Below are positions 39,672-50,279 of a stretch of 64,000 nt of DNA, one piece after another; positions within the stretch are counted from its first letter, which is position 1, and each line of letters opens with the position of its first letter. Origin of the DNA: Phormidesmis sp. (GTDB lineage Bacteria; Cyanobacteriota; Cyanobacteriia; Leptolyngbyales; Leptolyngbyaceae); NCBI GenBank assembly GCA_965248535.1, contig CBDFJR010000005.1, positions 1,376,001-1,440,000 on the forward strand, given 5' to 3'. The notes under the pieces are model-generated. The model saw nothing but the letters and a program-made list of their open reading frames with translations, made no database searches and was not told the DNA's origin. The translations under genes were made by a program, and so were the position numbers.

Positions 39672-40841
39672 CTAAAACGTTGCTTGCTCCGACAAATGCC
39701 CCGCTTTCACTTCCAGAATTTGAGAAGCGTTGATCCACTGAGCATCAAAGGAGCCTAAATGAGTCGTCGTAATTAAGGTTTGAAACCGATCTTGAATGGC
39801 ATCTAGCAGTTGGTTTTGCCGACTCAGATCTAGTTCTGCTAATACGTCATCTAATAACAATAACGGCGGCTCACCAATCACATCTTCGATCAGTTTAAGC
39901 TCGGCTAGTTTGAGGGCGAGTACTAAAGTTCTCTGCTGTCCTTGAGAGCCATATTGACGAGCAGGCGTATTGTTAATCGTGAATTCGACTTCATCGCGAT
40001 GAGGCCCCACGATCGTCGTTCCTTGATGTCGCTCAACGACCGATCGCTGCTGAATTTTTTCTAAAAATGCTTTCTGCAACACTTCGGGATTGTCATCCAC
40101 TAGGTCTACATTGGGCGCATAGCGGATTTCTAACGCTTCGGTGCTGCCGCTAATCGCCTGATGCCACGATTGAGCGATCGGGACGAGACGCTGCAAAACT
40201 CTGGCACGACGACGAATCACGCGAGAACCCGCGATCGCCAGTTGAGCATCCCACAACGACAACTCTGATGGGTTCAAAGAGTCAAGCTCTGAGTCGGGAC
40301 TGCTAAATAAATTTTGACGGTTAAGATCTGATTTTTGAATGCCCTTTAAAAGAGCGTTGCGCTGCCGCAGAATTTGATTATATTGCTGAAGCACATAAGC
40401 ATAAATCGGCTCAAGCTGCACCAGCAGAGCATCAAGCCAATGGCGACGCTGTTCGGGGCCGCCTCTGACTAAATCCAGATCTAAGCTAGAAAATTGCACC
40501 ATATTCAACGTGCCGAGAAAGTCTAGCTGACGACGAAGATTTAGCCCATTTAAGCCAACGCTGCGCCGACCATTTTGGCGAAGGGTCATCGACAGATCGA
40601 CCTCGCCCATGTCCTTTTGCAGGTGCCCAGTGATTTGGGCGATCGCTTCGCCATCGAGAATCAAGTCACGATCGCGGGCCGTGCGATGCGATCGCAGCGA
40701 AGACATCAACTCCACCGCTTCGAGCAGGTTTGACTTGCCTTGGGCATTATTGCCGACTAAGATCGTTTTGGCTGCCGAAAATTCCACCGCTTGATCTCGG
40801 TAGTTGCGAAAGTTGCGGAGGTGCAGCGTCTTGAGATACAT
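39672..40841 (-). CDS. recF: DNA replication/repair protein RecF
   Basis: [41 protein letters not shown]. Confidence 0.97.
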   Translation of the reverse strand: MYLKTLHLRNFRNYRDQAVEFSAAKTILVGNNAQGKSNLLEAVELMSSLRSHRTARDRDLILDGEAIAQITGHLQKDMGEVDLSMTLRQNGRRSVGLNGLNLRRQLDFLGTLNMVQFSSLDLDLVRGGPEQRRHWLDALLVQLEPIYAYVLQQYNQILRQRNALLKGIQKSDLNRQNLFSSPDSELDSLNPSELSLWDAQLAIAGSRVIRRRARVLQRLVPIAQSWHQAISGSTEALEIRYAPNVDLVDDNPEVLQKAFLEKIQQRSVVERHQGTTIVGPHRDEVEFTINNTPARQYGSQGQQRTLVLALKLAELKLIEDVIGEPPLLLLDDVLAELDLSRQNQLLDAIQDRFQTLITTTHLGSFDAQWINASQILEVKAGHLSEQATF

Positions 40842-41033
40842 AGCGATCGACGAGGGCTTCAGACTACCTACTATACGCCCTAGGGCAAAAGTGTTTGAAC
40901 TGCCTACCTAAAGTTATGGATCGCTTAATTAGCTTTTTGTAACTCTTATATCGTCTTGTGTGTTCTGGGTTTAGGTAGGGCGCGATTCAGTATGGTTGAG
41001 CAAAGACACTCTCTCGATCGGGCGTAAGGTTTC

Positions 41034-41246
41034 ATGACTCCTTTAATGCTTCGTCAGCTATGGTCTTTAGTAGACGCGACTCAGGGAGCGCTGCTGCTTA
41101 CTCTAGACGACGCTAGTCTAGTGCAATGGCTATTGCGCCAGTTTAGAGTTCAACAATCTCTAAACCCTGAAGAGATCACGATTCTCAGCAGCTACATTCA
41201 GTCTAAACTGTCGTTGATTCGAGACTTGGCCCATCAAAAAGCCTGA
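41034..41246 (+). CDS. Conserved cyanobacterial hypothetical protein
   Basis: MTP..LRQLWSLV...LL.LDD..LV.WLL...YI..KL.LIRDLA pattern. Confidence 0.7.
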   Translation: MTPLMLRQLWSLVDATQGALLLTLDDASLVQWLLRQFRVQQSLNPEEITILSSYIQSKLSLIRDLAHQKA

Positions 41247-41249
41247 GAC

Positions 41250-41843
41250 TCACTGCTCAGGGGTTTTAAGTAGGGGTGAGCCTGGCAGCGTAGACGCATC
41301 GGGTTTGTTAAGGGTGGTTGACACGAGCATAAACCCCAGATAGGCAGGCAAAATGAGCAAGATGAGACTGACGATCGCTGCCACCCAAAGCCCTGGGTTT
41401 GTCGTCGAGCCATAGTGACTTCGATAGGGATCGATCGTCATTAGGTCAGACTTGAGAATTTCACGGAGCGCGATCGGGCGTTTAAATCGAATCCGGCGAT
41501 CGTCAAGTTTTTCTAACAAAATCCAGCCAGCCTGCGACTCTTCGCTACAGACGCGCTCAAAAACCTGGGGGTCACGGAACAGATCACGGCGCGATCGCAC
41601 GATCTTAAACTCCCACCCGACCAATCGCGGATCGTTAGGCGGCTTGCTCGTGCCATTTTTGGCTTGAGCCGGGGTTGCCTGCACGGTATCTTTTGAGTCA
41701 TAAGGGGTCAATGTTTCTTCCTCCTCTTCCCACATTTGCCCGATGCCCCACTGTTGCCAGCGCAGCCAGCCACCTGCGACCATCGCCTGCAAACCCAGAC
41801 TGCCGATCAAGAAACTTAAGAGAGTGACTCCGCCCATCAGCAT
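41250..41843 (-). CDS. Hypothetical membrane protein
   Basis: GWEFKIVR..DLFR..EE..AGW.LLEKLDD.RIRFKRP; two TM segments. Confidence 0.75.
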   Translation of the reverse strand: MLMGGVTLLSFLIGSLGLQAMVAGGWLRWQQWGIGQMWEEEEETLTPYDSKDTVQATPAQAKNGTSKPPNDPRLVGWEFKIVRSRRDLFRDPQVFERVCSEESQAGWILLEKLDDRRIRFKRPIALREILKSDLMTIDPYRSHYGSTTNPGLWVAAIVSLILLILPAYLGFMLVSTTLNKPDASTLPGSPLLKTPEQ

Positions 41844-41920
41844 CCAAATAGCATGGGGTCATGAATATCGAGCTAAACGAGTTAAAAGAATTTAACCACT
41901 CAATGCGATGAATTCAACCC

Positions 41921-43045
41921 TTAGAATTCTCTTTTCTGGCTTTGTAAATATCCCTCAATCAAAAAGTCTGAGTCGATCGCGCTCCATTTGACCCGCTCTA
42001 AGGTCAACGCATGCGTCATGGCAACCAATCCCAAGTCGCCCACGGGTGAAGGCGCACCAACGCCGCCAATGATTTTGGGCGCGATAAAGGCAAAAACTTT
42101 TTGCACACAGCCATCGGCGATCGCCCTAGCTGCCAGCGTGCCCCCACACTCCCATAAAACTGAAGACAAGCCGCGATCGTATAAATGGGTCATGGCTTTA
42201 GATGGGGTTAGCGACTCCAACTCTACAACGTCAACCCCCTGATCTACCAGGCGTTTCTGCACCGCCGAATTTGCGCCCACACTGGTCAAAACCAGAGTCG
42301 AAGCCGTCTGCGTCTGCCAAAGGTTTGCCCGCGTGGGCAGATCCAGCGATCGACTCATCACCACCCGCAGAGGAGTGTGAGCCGTCACGCCATGAGTCGT
42401 CAAATAAGGATTATCTTGGCGAACGGTGTTGCCACCCACCACGATCGCATCACAGGTCGATCGCACCTGATGCACTCGCTGCCGCGAGGCTGCCCCGGTG
42501 ACCCAACTGCTGTGTCCAGTGGTGGCGGCAATTTTGCCATCTAGGGTCATGGCATATTTCAAAATGCCCAGGGGTTGACGGTGCACAATGCGATGCACAA
42601 AGGCTTCGTTGAGGTCTTGGCAGGCGGTTTCTTCTACCCCGATCGTCACCTCAATGCCCGCCTCGCGCAGTCTAGCGATTCCTCGACCCGCCACTTGCGG
42701 GTTGGGATCGACCATACCCACCACAACCCGACTGATCCCGGCCGCAATCACCGCTTCCGAGCAGGGAGGCGTTCGCCCATAGTGATTGCAGGGTTCTAGA
42801 TTGACATAGAGAGTGGCCCCATGAGCGCGATCGCCTGCGGCTCTCAGGGCAAACACTTCGGCGTGAGGCTCTCCGGCTTTGGGATGAAATCCCTCACCGA
42901 CAATCTCCTGGTTTTGCATAATCACTGAGCCTACGAGCGGGTTGGGGGCAGTTTGCCCCTGCGCTGTTTGAGCGAGTTCTAAACATCGCCGCATCATGGC
43001 GCAATCGAACTGCTCTGGGTCGTCGGTTTGGCTAGCTGTGCTCAA
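41921..43045 (-). CDS. ribD: Bifunctional riboflavin deaminase/reductase
   Basis: PNPLVG, HAEVFAL, LEPCNHYGRTPPC, KYAMTLDGKIA, ECGGTLA. Confidence 0.96.
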   Translation of the reverse strand: MSTASQTDDPEQFDCAMMRRCLELAQTAQGQTAPNPLVGSVIMQNQEIVGEGFHPKAGEPHAEVFALRAAGDRAHGATLYVNLEPCNHYGRTPPCSEAVIAAGISRVVVGMVDPNPQVAGRGIARLREAGIEVTIGVEETACQDLNEAFVHRIVHRQPLGILKYAMTLDGKIAATTGHSSWVTGAASRQRVHQVRSTCDAIVVGGNTVRQDNPYLTTHGVTAHTPLRVVMSRSLDLPTRANLWQTQTASTLVLTSVGANSAVQKRLVDQGVDVVELESLTPSKAMTHLYDRGLSSVLWECGGTLAARAIADGCVQKVFAFIAPKIIGGVGAPSPVGDLGLVAMTHALTLERVKWSAIDSDFLIEGYLQSQKREF

Positions 43046-43575
43046 GACGATCGCGAGGGAGAATATTGGCTCAATATGTCTTGCCCCCAGCGCACCAGTT
43101 TTTCGGGGCCCTCCATCATCAGAAGATATTGCCCCCGGTTGAGATGATGGCGATAAACGCTGACGGTTGTGCCTTCACCAAATAGCCCAAATAGCCCGCC
43201 GATTACGGCTCCAAAAAAACCGCCCACCACCCCCGCAACAGGCATTAGCCCTAGCGGCTTGAGGCTGTCAAGATTGCTATAGCCGTGGCTTTGCACCAAA
43301 ACCAGCACAAACGCCATCAGTGAGGCGATCGTGCCTGCCAAGATTGACCAGCGCCGCGCTTGATGTAGGGCAATTTGCATCGGTCTGAGCAGCCCAATGT
43401 GGTCAGGATTGCTGTAACCCTTGCCGACGATCGCTAAATGTTCGGGAGAAATGCCGTAATAGTGCAGCAGTCGATAGGCCTGAAAAGCGGAGGCTTCATC
43501 GGGAAATATCACCACTGCAAGATGAGTCTGTCGGCGCACCAGACCCGTTTTTCGCAAGAACCGGGTAACTGTCAC
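43042..43575 (-). CDS. Hypothetical membrane protein (general-stress/ChaB-like architecture)
   Basis: AFQAYRLL...LAIVGKGY, two glycine-rich TMs, Y..HL..GQYLL. Confidence 0.7.
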   Translation of the reverse strand: MTVTRFLRKTGLVRRQTHLAVVIFPDEASAFQAYRLLHYYGISPEHLAIVGKGYSNPDHIGLLRPMQIALHQARRWSILAGTIASLMAFVLVLVQSHGYSNLDSLKPLGLMPVAGVVGGFFGAVIGGLFGLFGEGTTVSVYRHHLNRGQYLLMMEGPEKLVRWGQDILSQYSPSRSS

Positions 43576-43758
43576 AACGGGAATCGCAAAGATGACTGTT
43601 TATGTCTGAATTTTAAACGGTTGCTGTGAGTTTCTTGGCTATCAAGCAGACTAATTTAACTATTTTTCACCTTCTGCGCGGGTCGCTCGGTTTTTCTCTT
43701 TTCCCCTTTCCGCTACCATTGAGAGGTGACAAGTTTTGCTATGGGTTAGGTTCATTCT

Positions 43759-44070
43759 ATGCCTCCTCGTTGGTCTCGGCTTCCCGATCGCAAAGACTCT
43801 GACTATCGTCGCCTCGACGATCGGATGACGTTTGCAACTCATGTGCCCCTATTTACGGCGGTCAATTCTGGAATATGGTTTTTTGAAATTTTAAACAAGG
43901 CTGACTGGCCGTGGTCTGTGTGGGTGACAGGCATCTGGGCAACGATTTTGCTAGCCCATGCCATCTATGTGTTTGCGATCGCCGATTATTCTGACCCGGT
44001 GGTGACCACTTCAGCCCCGGCCACAGGCTTTAAGCCGAGAGAGAAGCCTACAAAATCATCCAAAGGGTAG
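43759..44070 (+). CDS. 2TM domain protein
   Basis: YRRLDDRMTFATHV..F..VNSGIWF...W..W...LLAH. Confidence 0.8.
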   Translation: MPPRWSRLPDRKDSDYRRLDDRMTFATHVPLFTAVNSGIWFFEILNKADWPWSVWVTGIWATILLAHAIYVFAIADYSDPVVTTSAPATGFKPREKPTKSSKG

Positions 44071-44128
44071 GGGCATTCTGAGCAGCGTTCAGTGCTAGTA
44101 ATGGTGAATAACTTTTTAATTAACTGCT

Positions 44129-44437
44129 ATGGCAAAATTAAGCCAGTCTGAAGCGATCGAGTCTTTGGCAGCCGACATTGGCGAAGCTATTTATATTGAT
44201 GTCGCCAAGTGGCACCTTTATCTGTCGGATGCCCACCTCCACACCGTCTTGGCCGAAAAACTTTATCCGCTCGTCTTAGCAAAATCAATTCAAGAAGATC
44301 AGGTTTTAGAAATCCTTCGCAACATTCCAGTCAAGCTGGGCGGCGGAAAGCTTGAGGTGCCGCTGATCGATTTACTGCCGATGCAGTGTCAGGTCAATCT
44401 GATCGATCTGGTAGAAGAGTTTCAGCGAAACCTTTAG
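44129..44437 (+). CDS. DUF3181 family protein
   Basis: LAADIGE.IYIDVAKWHLYL.DAHL...V.LGGGK..VPL.DLLP. Confidence 0.85.
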   Translation: MAKLSQSEAIESLAADIGEAIYIDVAKWHLYLSDAHLHTVLAEKLYPLVLAKSIQEDQVLEILRNIPVKLGGGKLEVPLIDLLPMQCQVNLIDLVEEFQRNL

Positions 44438-44536
44438 AGAGAAACCTTTAGAGACGAGCTAACCTTTGGTGGACTCTCGGACAAATGCAGCGATCGTGGT
44501 CAGACCTCTAGCGCTCGATCGCTGCATCAATGGAGT

Positions 44537-46897
44537 CTAAAACGCAGACTGGAGAGACGCGATCGGCAGCAGCAACGTGACTTCGATCGTGTCACGCACT
44601 TCGCGACTAACATAGCAATCGCTATTGAGGCAGGCTACAAGAAGCTGGTTAGCATCATAATATTGCTGAAGAAGCTCCTTCTGCGCCTCTGTGAATTGCC
44701 AATCATGTCCAATATTGCGATGTTGGATCATGGCAGCCCTGAGTTGTGCCGTCCAAGATTGCCTGTTAATTTTCCACCACAGGTCATAAACTTCCCAGTT
44801 ATCCGTCGAGGGGATCTGGTCTTTAAGGTGCTGCAACTTCTGCTGCAATTCAGGATCAAGGTCGCGGGCCAGGTCAAGAGCCAAATCGCGGGCACGAGAG
44901 CGAGAGCGGGCCAGGTCAAGAGCATGGTCGCGCTCGTGGTCGATCGCATGGTCGCGATCGCGAGCCAGATCACGGGCCAGATCTCGATCGAAGTCAAGGT
45001 CAAAGTCGCGATCAAAGTCGCGATCAAAGTCGCGATCGAGGGCCCGATCGAGAGCACGAGAACGGGCCAGGTCGAGAGCCAAGTCAAGGGCCCGGGCCAA
45101 GTCGAGCGATCGAGCCAGGTCAAAATAAAAGGCTCTAATAGCCGCCGCCTTATAAGGGGCTTTCACAGAGCGGGCTTTTTGCTCCACCCAGGTGAGAAAT
45201 TGTTGCAGCTTGCGATCGGGCGCAAGAATGCCGTCGATCTGCTGTTTCATCGCTTGCAGCAGCGTTTCTGCATTCTCTAACATGCCAACCGTGAGCAAGA
45301 AAACCTCTCGCCATCGCTTCTCGGCAATGTGGCTGACAAGCTCTTGCAGAAGGCTCTCAGCGTCACTGCTGGTGACAATTTTTCGGGCTGTGAAATATTC
45401 GTGAAAGGTCAGGTGCGAAAAAGAATAAATGCCGCGTGCCCGCTCAACAAAAAGACCATGTTGCGCCTCGATCGACTTCAGCACCGCCTCGCTGTCTAAT
45501 TGCAGCGCTTCCTCATCTTGACTGGCATTGGCTAGATTGCGAATGTATTGCGTGATATAGCGTTCAGCGTCTTTTTGCTTAAAGAAGTAGTTCCCCTGCT
45601 GAAAGTTATCTAGGGCAATTCGGCTCAACAAATCTTCTTTGCGTTTTAGGGAGAGCTTCTTATAAATCTGATCGCGTTCAATATTGCGTTTCACATCCCA
45701 TTTTTTTAGCAGCACGTCTAAACCCTCGTTATAGAGTTCCGATCGGTTAGCTGGGAAGTTTCCTGATTCTTCAAACACAAGGCACAGCAGGGTCAGCAAC
45801 AGCGGACTGGTTGCCAGATCTCGAATGCCTTTGTCTTTTTTCAACTTCTTGATAAAGTTTTCTGCCTTGATGGGGTCGTTTTTGGCATGAAACCACTGCT
45901 TTGTGAACGTTGCGATCTGCTGATCATCAAAATCGGCTACCTCAACTTCTGTAAATTTTTCAAAGGTGTATTCACGGGCGGCGATGCGACAAGTGAGCAC
46001 AAAAGGGTTTTTAGAAAACTGGTTAGCAAAGCTTTGAATCTGCTTTAAGACGCGGCTGTTGTCGGTCTCTCTAACTTCATCTAAACCATCTAACAAAATT
46101 AAGATTTTGCCTTGTCTGAGCAGCAGTTCTACAGGCTTGGTGGTGCCGTTTGCTGAGGCAGTCCACGATCCCGTTTTGACTTTTGTTTCTGGCGCAACGC
46201 CATAGCTCTCAAAAAGCTGCGTCAAATAGTCCAATAGGCTCGGTTGTTTGGGGGCTTCTGCAAAGTCTTTGAGAGTGATGAAGAGCGGCACTAGCTCTTT
46301 TTTAAACGCTCCTTCAATGCACTGAATGGCCAAATGCTTGAGAAACGTAGTTTTTCCGGCTCCGGGCTTGCCCAAAATCATCAGCTTAGAATGCTGATCA
46401 ACGGCATCTAGACCCGGCACTCGCTCTTCTTGAATGCCGCTGAGACTGAAGCGATCGAGGTTCTCTAACGAGCAAGTTTGAAGCAGTTCTGCAAATTCTA
46501 AGCGGCGGCGACCCGTGATTTTTTCTAGAATATTCACCGCTGTGTAGATCGCATTCAAATCGAGCGGCTGAGACATATCGAGAACTCGCATTGAGCCACA
46601 TTTAGTCTGAATGCTGTCGTAAATGTTGATGCGAACAATGTCTACTAACTCATCTAAACTGGGAGGCTGACTGTCTTCGGGTTCTAACTCAGCAATTTTA
46701 TTCCATTGCAGTTCTAGCTCTGTGCAGATGGCTCTAAAAATTTGCTTCTCGATCGGGTTGCCTTTTAAAAATCGGTTTAAGGTCTGCCGCGAACATTGGG
46801 ACGCTCCAGCCAGATATTCTTGAGTCCAACCTTTGAGTTTTAGGGCTTTGTTGGCTGCGTCTAACCCTACCATTGATGCTCGAATGCCTCTATCCAT
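44537..46897 (-). CDS. HTH-NACHT (STAND NTPase) protein with low-complexity DLAR repeats and C-terminal helical (NCH2-like) domain
   Basis: N-terminal XRE-like WTQEYLA..SRQT; GKPGAGKTT, LLDGLDE, TCR, PLLLTLLC, FSHLTFHEYF; HRNIGHDWQF...YYDANQLL. Confidence 0.92.
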   Translation of the reverse strand: MDRGIRASMVGLDAANKALKLKGWTQEYLAGASQCSRQTLNRFLKGNPIEKQIFRAICTELELQWNKIAELEPEDSQPPSLDELVDIVRINIYDSIQTKCGSMRVLDMSQPLDLNAIYTAVNILEKITGRRRLEFAELLQTCSLENLDRFSLSGIQEERVPGLDAVDQHSKLMILGKPGAGKTTFLKHLAIQCIEGAFKKELVPLFITLKDFAEAPKQPSLLDYLTQLFESYGVAPETKVKTGSWTASANGTTKPVELLLRQGKILILLDGLDEVRETDNSRVLKQIQSFANQFSKNPFVLTCRIAAREYTFEKFTEVEVADFDDQQIATFTKQWFHAKNDPIKAENFIKKLKKDKGIRDLATSPLLLTLLCLVFEESGNFPANRSELYNEGLDVLLKKWDVKRNIERDQIYKKLSLKRKEDLLSRIALDNFQQGNYFFKQKDAERYITQYIRNLANASQDEEALQLDSEAVLKSIEAQHGLFVERARGIYSFSHLTFHEYFTARKIVTSSDAESLLQELVSHIAEKRWREVFLLTVGMLENAETLLQAMKQQIDGILAPDRKLQQFLTWVEQKARSVKAPYKAAAIRAFYFDLARSLDLARALDLALDLARSRALDRALDRDFDRDFDRDFDLDFDRDLARDLARDRDHAIDHERDHALDLARSRSRARDLALDLARDLDPELQQKLQHLKDQIPSTDNWEVYDLWWKINRQSWTAQLRAAMIQHRNIGHDWQFTEAQKELLQQYYDANQLLVACLNSDCYVSREVRDTIEVTLLLPIASLQSAF

Positions 46898-47039
46898 AGT
46901 CTCACCCTAACGCTGACACAAGTCTTACACAACTAAACGCTTGACTGTGACCATGCCTTAGCGCGTTCATAGTTTGATGAAACCGAGGCAAAAACGCGCC
47001 TCGGCTCCGAATCTTTTCTACCCCTCACTAACTTCACTT

Positions 47040-47303
47040 ATGAATAACCACTTTTCGGAAATTGAATCAAACATCATCAAAGAAATTCTGCGTCAAGGTC
47101 ACCACAGTTTCAACCTGGCTCTAATTGCCACAGGCGTTTCGTTTGGGGTGAGTCTAGCAGGGGCAGGCTTGCTGCTGTCTGGCAAGCTCCCTGAGGGCGC
47201 AGTCACAGCCCTAGGCGGATTGGCATCCAGCGCCCACTGCATTCGCCTGGCCAAAGATGCCAACGATCGGCTAGATAAAGTTTTAGATGAATCCAATGAT
47301 TGA
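47040..47303 (+). CDS. Cyanobacterial TRADD-N-associated 2-TM domain protein
   Basis: E.LRQ..HSFNLAL.AT.....S..GA.LLL.GK..EG.VT..GG......LAKDANDRLD. Confidence 0.7.
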   Translation: MNNHFSEIESNIIKEILRQGHHSFNLALIATGVSFGVSLAGAGLLLSGKLPEGAVTALGGLASSAHCIRLAKDANDRLDKVLDESND

Positions 47304-47365
47304 GAGATTAGCGCGATCGTTTCTTGAGGGAGCGATCGCGCCAACTATTCTCTAAGTTCAGAGCT

Positions 47366-49981
47366 TTAGGAGATCGAGACATTGACCGCTAGCTTTTGTC
47401 CTAATCGCTGCCACTGGGGTTGAGAGGCTTCTATCGACGTTGGCAGCCATTGCAGATAGAGTTCTTGAGCCTGAGCTAGATTGGGATTGAGATGAAGCTG
47501 CTGACCGAGATCTAGCAGCCGTTCTAAACGCTGAACTTCTCGTTCGGCTGTCTCAACGTTAGACTCATACAATAAATGCCAGAGCGATCGCCGAATCAAT
47601 CGTTCTAAAATCTGTTTGGCTTCTAGGGCGGTCAAATTGCAGTGCAGATGGGCCGCTTCGGTGGAGATCGCTTCCAGTTCGAGTAGATAATTTAGGGTCG
47701 CGTCGAGTCGATCGCTGGTGGAATCGCTGGTTTCTTGCTCAAGCGATCGCAGCGCTAAGAGCAGACGATGACTGAGGGCAATCTCTGCGGCAACCTGCAA
47801 TTCTCGCGGCACGGGCAACTCATCGCGATGAAACGCCATCAGCACCCCATAATTATCTCGATAAACCTGCGTGTAAAGCTGATCTAATCGAGTCAGGGTT
47901 TCTTGAGTCAATAGCTGCATAATGCGGTGTCGCTCTTCAGCAAACAGCGTCTGCAAATTGTAAGACTGATTGCCAAAAATCTGACTCATTGACAGGATGG
48001 TCTGCGCGGCGCTGCCTTGTCTGAGCGATCCCATCAGCGTTTCTTTAAGGGAGGTGTAGCCTCGTCGCCCTGCAAACGGCTGAATGCAGCAGTGGAAATC
48101 CCAGCCGCCTAGGTGCAAGACTGCAAACACGAGATGAGCCGTCTCGCGGGTGATCTCCGAAGTCAGATGCAGTTGCCCGATCGCCAAGGTCAGCGATCCC
48201 ATGCGCTGTAGCTGATAGTCGAGTTGATGCGCGTCATAGCAATAGACTCGCTCTTCTCTGGTGTAGGGCGTAAATAGTGAACTGATGGCGTAGTGAGAGG
48301 CGACTTGCTCAAAGCTGATCTGAGCAGAGACCACCAGTTGACGATAGACTTCAGCCCCGTTCTTAAAGGAGTCTACGTTGCTGGGGGCTAGCGCTAGGCG
48401 CTTCACAAATCCTTTTTCAAGCTGCACTCCGGCGACATCTCCGGCGAGTTCTAGCGCTCTTGAGGCATAGCGCAAAATTTGCGTTCCTTCGGGGCGCGAC
48501 AGTTCTTCAAAAAACCAGCCGCAGCTTGTGTACATCAGCAGGGCGTGACGCTGCATTTCTAACAGACGCAGGGCATCGGTGCGCTCGGCTGCGGTTAATT
48601 TATGGGTTTGGTGCTGAGTTAAGAACCGACCGACATTCGTCGAGGTGCGATCGCGCATCACCTGAATGTATTCGTCTCGTGCCAGCCAGGGATCGCGGAA
48701 AAATTTCTTGCCTGTGTCTTCGTAGACTTTGGTTAACTGATCTCGCAGCCAGTCGAGGGCATCGCGCAGGGGTCGCCGCCACTGCTGATTCCACGAGCCG
48801 CCGCCCCCACAGCCACAGTCATCTTGCCAGCGATCGACTCCATGGGCGCAACTCCACGCGGTGACGGGCTTTAGCTCAACTTCCCAAGTAGGAGGCGTGA
48901 GGCTGAGATAGTGAGCAAAGTTGGTTACCGTCCAGCCCCGGTGAGCAAACTCATCTTCAAAGGCATAGGCAAGACATTTTTCAGTCCCGCTTTTGTGGTG
49001 TCCAAAGGTTTCGCCATCGGTCGCCACGGCAATCAGTTGAGCCGGACGGTGATCGCCGCGCACCGCCTGACCTAGCCGACTGGCGAGATTGTGAGAACTG
49101 CTGAGGGCACTGTCAAAGCCCATATCGCGTGAGATGGGGCCGTCGTAGAAGAAAATATCAAGGTAAGCGGTTTCCGATTCTAGGTTCCAAGAGTCAGAAA
49201 GCGAGCTATCTCGTCCTTTTTTTAAGAAGCAGCGATAAGGGCGAGTTGCGTCGATTTGACTGCCGCCGACTTCGTTCCAAGGGCTAGAGTCTTCGGCAGT
49301 CGAGAGAGGACGGCAGCGCTGGGCTTGAGACGGAGCCAAAATGATGAACTTGATCCCTTCAGCAATCAGGGCTTCAACCGTTGCATCGTCAACGGCGGTT
49401 TCTGCTAGCCACATGCCTTCGGGATCACGCCCAAAGTGCGATCGGAAGTCGGCTTTGCCCCAGCGAATCTGAGTTCGCTTATCCCGCTCGTTAGCTAAAG
49501 GCAGAATGATGTGATTGTAGACTTGAGCGATCGCGTTGCCGTGCCCGTTGAGGCGTTCACAGCTTTTGCGATCGGCTTCTAAAATGCGCTGATAGACTTC
49601 TACGTCATGGCGTTCGATCCAACTCATTAAGGTCGGGCCGATGTTGAAGCTCAGATATTCGTAGTTGTTGACGATTTTGACGATATCGCCACGATCGTTG
49701 AGCACCCGCGCAAAGGCATTAGGGCGATAGCATTCATGGTGAATGCGCTCGTTCCAGTTGTGGAAAGGGGCGGCGCTGGGCTGGCGCTCGATCGCATCCA
49801 AATAGGGATTCTCGCGGGGAGGCTGATAAAAGTGCCCGTGAACCGTGACATAAACCCCGATCGCGTGCTTGAGAGGGGTCTGCGAGTCGGGGAGCGTCAG
49901 GGGATCATGGGCTGACGTGAACTCAATTTCAGCATGGGGATCAGTGTCCACTTGGGTCTGCGGAGTTGCATCGAGCGTCAT
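47366..49981 (-). CDS. GH57 family / DUF3536 protein
   Basis: HGHFYQPPRENP, GMWLAETAVD, ATDGETFGHH, WSCAHGVDRW, MYTSCGWFF. Confidence 0.92.
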   Translation of the reverse strand: MTLDATPQTQVDTDPHAEIEFTSAHDPLTLPDSQTPLKHAIGVYVTVHGHFYQPPRENPYLDAIERQPSAAPFHNWNERIHHECYRPNAFARVLNDRGDIVKIVNNYEYLSFNIGPTLMSWIERHDVEVYQRILEADRKSCERLNGHGNAIAQVYNHIILPLANERDKRTQIRWGKADFRSHFGRDPEGMWLAETAVDDATVEALIAEGIKFIILAPSQAQRCRPLSTAEDSSPWNEVGGSQIDATRPYRCFLKKGRDSSLSDSWNLESETAYLDIFFYDGPISRDMGFDSALSSSHNLASRLGQAVRGDHRPAQLIAVATDGETFGHHKSGTEKCLAYAFEDEFAHRGWTVTNFAHYLSLTPPTWEVELKPVTAWSCAHGVDRWQDDCGCGGGGSWNQQWRRPLRDALDWLRDQLTKVYEDTGKKFFRDPWLARDEYIQVMRDRTSTNVGRFLTQHQTHKLTAAERTDALRLLEMQRHALLMYTSCGWFFEELSRPEGTQILRYASRALELAGDVAGVQLEKGFVKRLALAPSNVDSFKNGAEVYRQLVVSAQISFEQVASHYAISSLFTPYTREERVYCYDAHQLDYQLQRMGSLTLAIGQLHLTSEITRETAHLVFAVLHLGGWDFHCCIQPFAGRRGYTSLKETLMGSLRQGSAAQTILSMSQIFGNQSYNLQTLFAEERHRIMQLLTQETLTRLDQLYTQVYRDNYGVLMAFHRDELPVPRELQVAAEIALSHRLLLALRSLEQETSDSTSDRLDATLNYLLELEAISTEAAHLHCNLTALEAKQILERLIRRSLWHLLYESNVETAEREVQRLERLLDLGQQLHLNPNLAQAQELYLQWLPTSIEASQPQWQRLGQKLAVNVSIS

Positions 49982-50279
49982 AGAACTATTCTTGGGGTGA
50001 AGGAGACGAGAAGAAGCAAGAGAACTGCGGAACTGCAAAGCGATCTCACAACGCTTCTGAACACAAAACGAACCCGCACTATAGCGGAGTTAAAAAGAGA
50101 CGAAAATCTGACTGAACGCTTAAGATTATGGGGATCGATTCCGTCCAAAGGGGGACACCCCTTAATCGATCGTACAGGAACTAAATCTTTTCTAGAATTG
50201 CGACAGCACCAGGGCTTTGCAACAATAGCTGATTGAATCGCAAGTTTTGGGCCAACTTAAGATTGGCTTAAGGTTCTGT

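Noticed and set aside
44663..45280. 205-aa plus-strand ORF and 131-aa alternative-frame ORF over the NACHT gene
   Set aside because: Shadow ORFs produced by the stop-free repeat tract.
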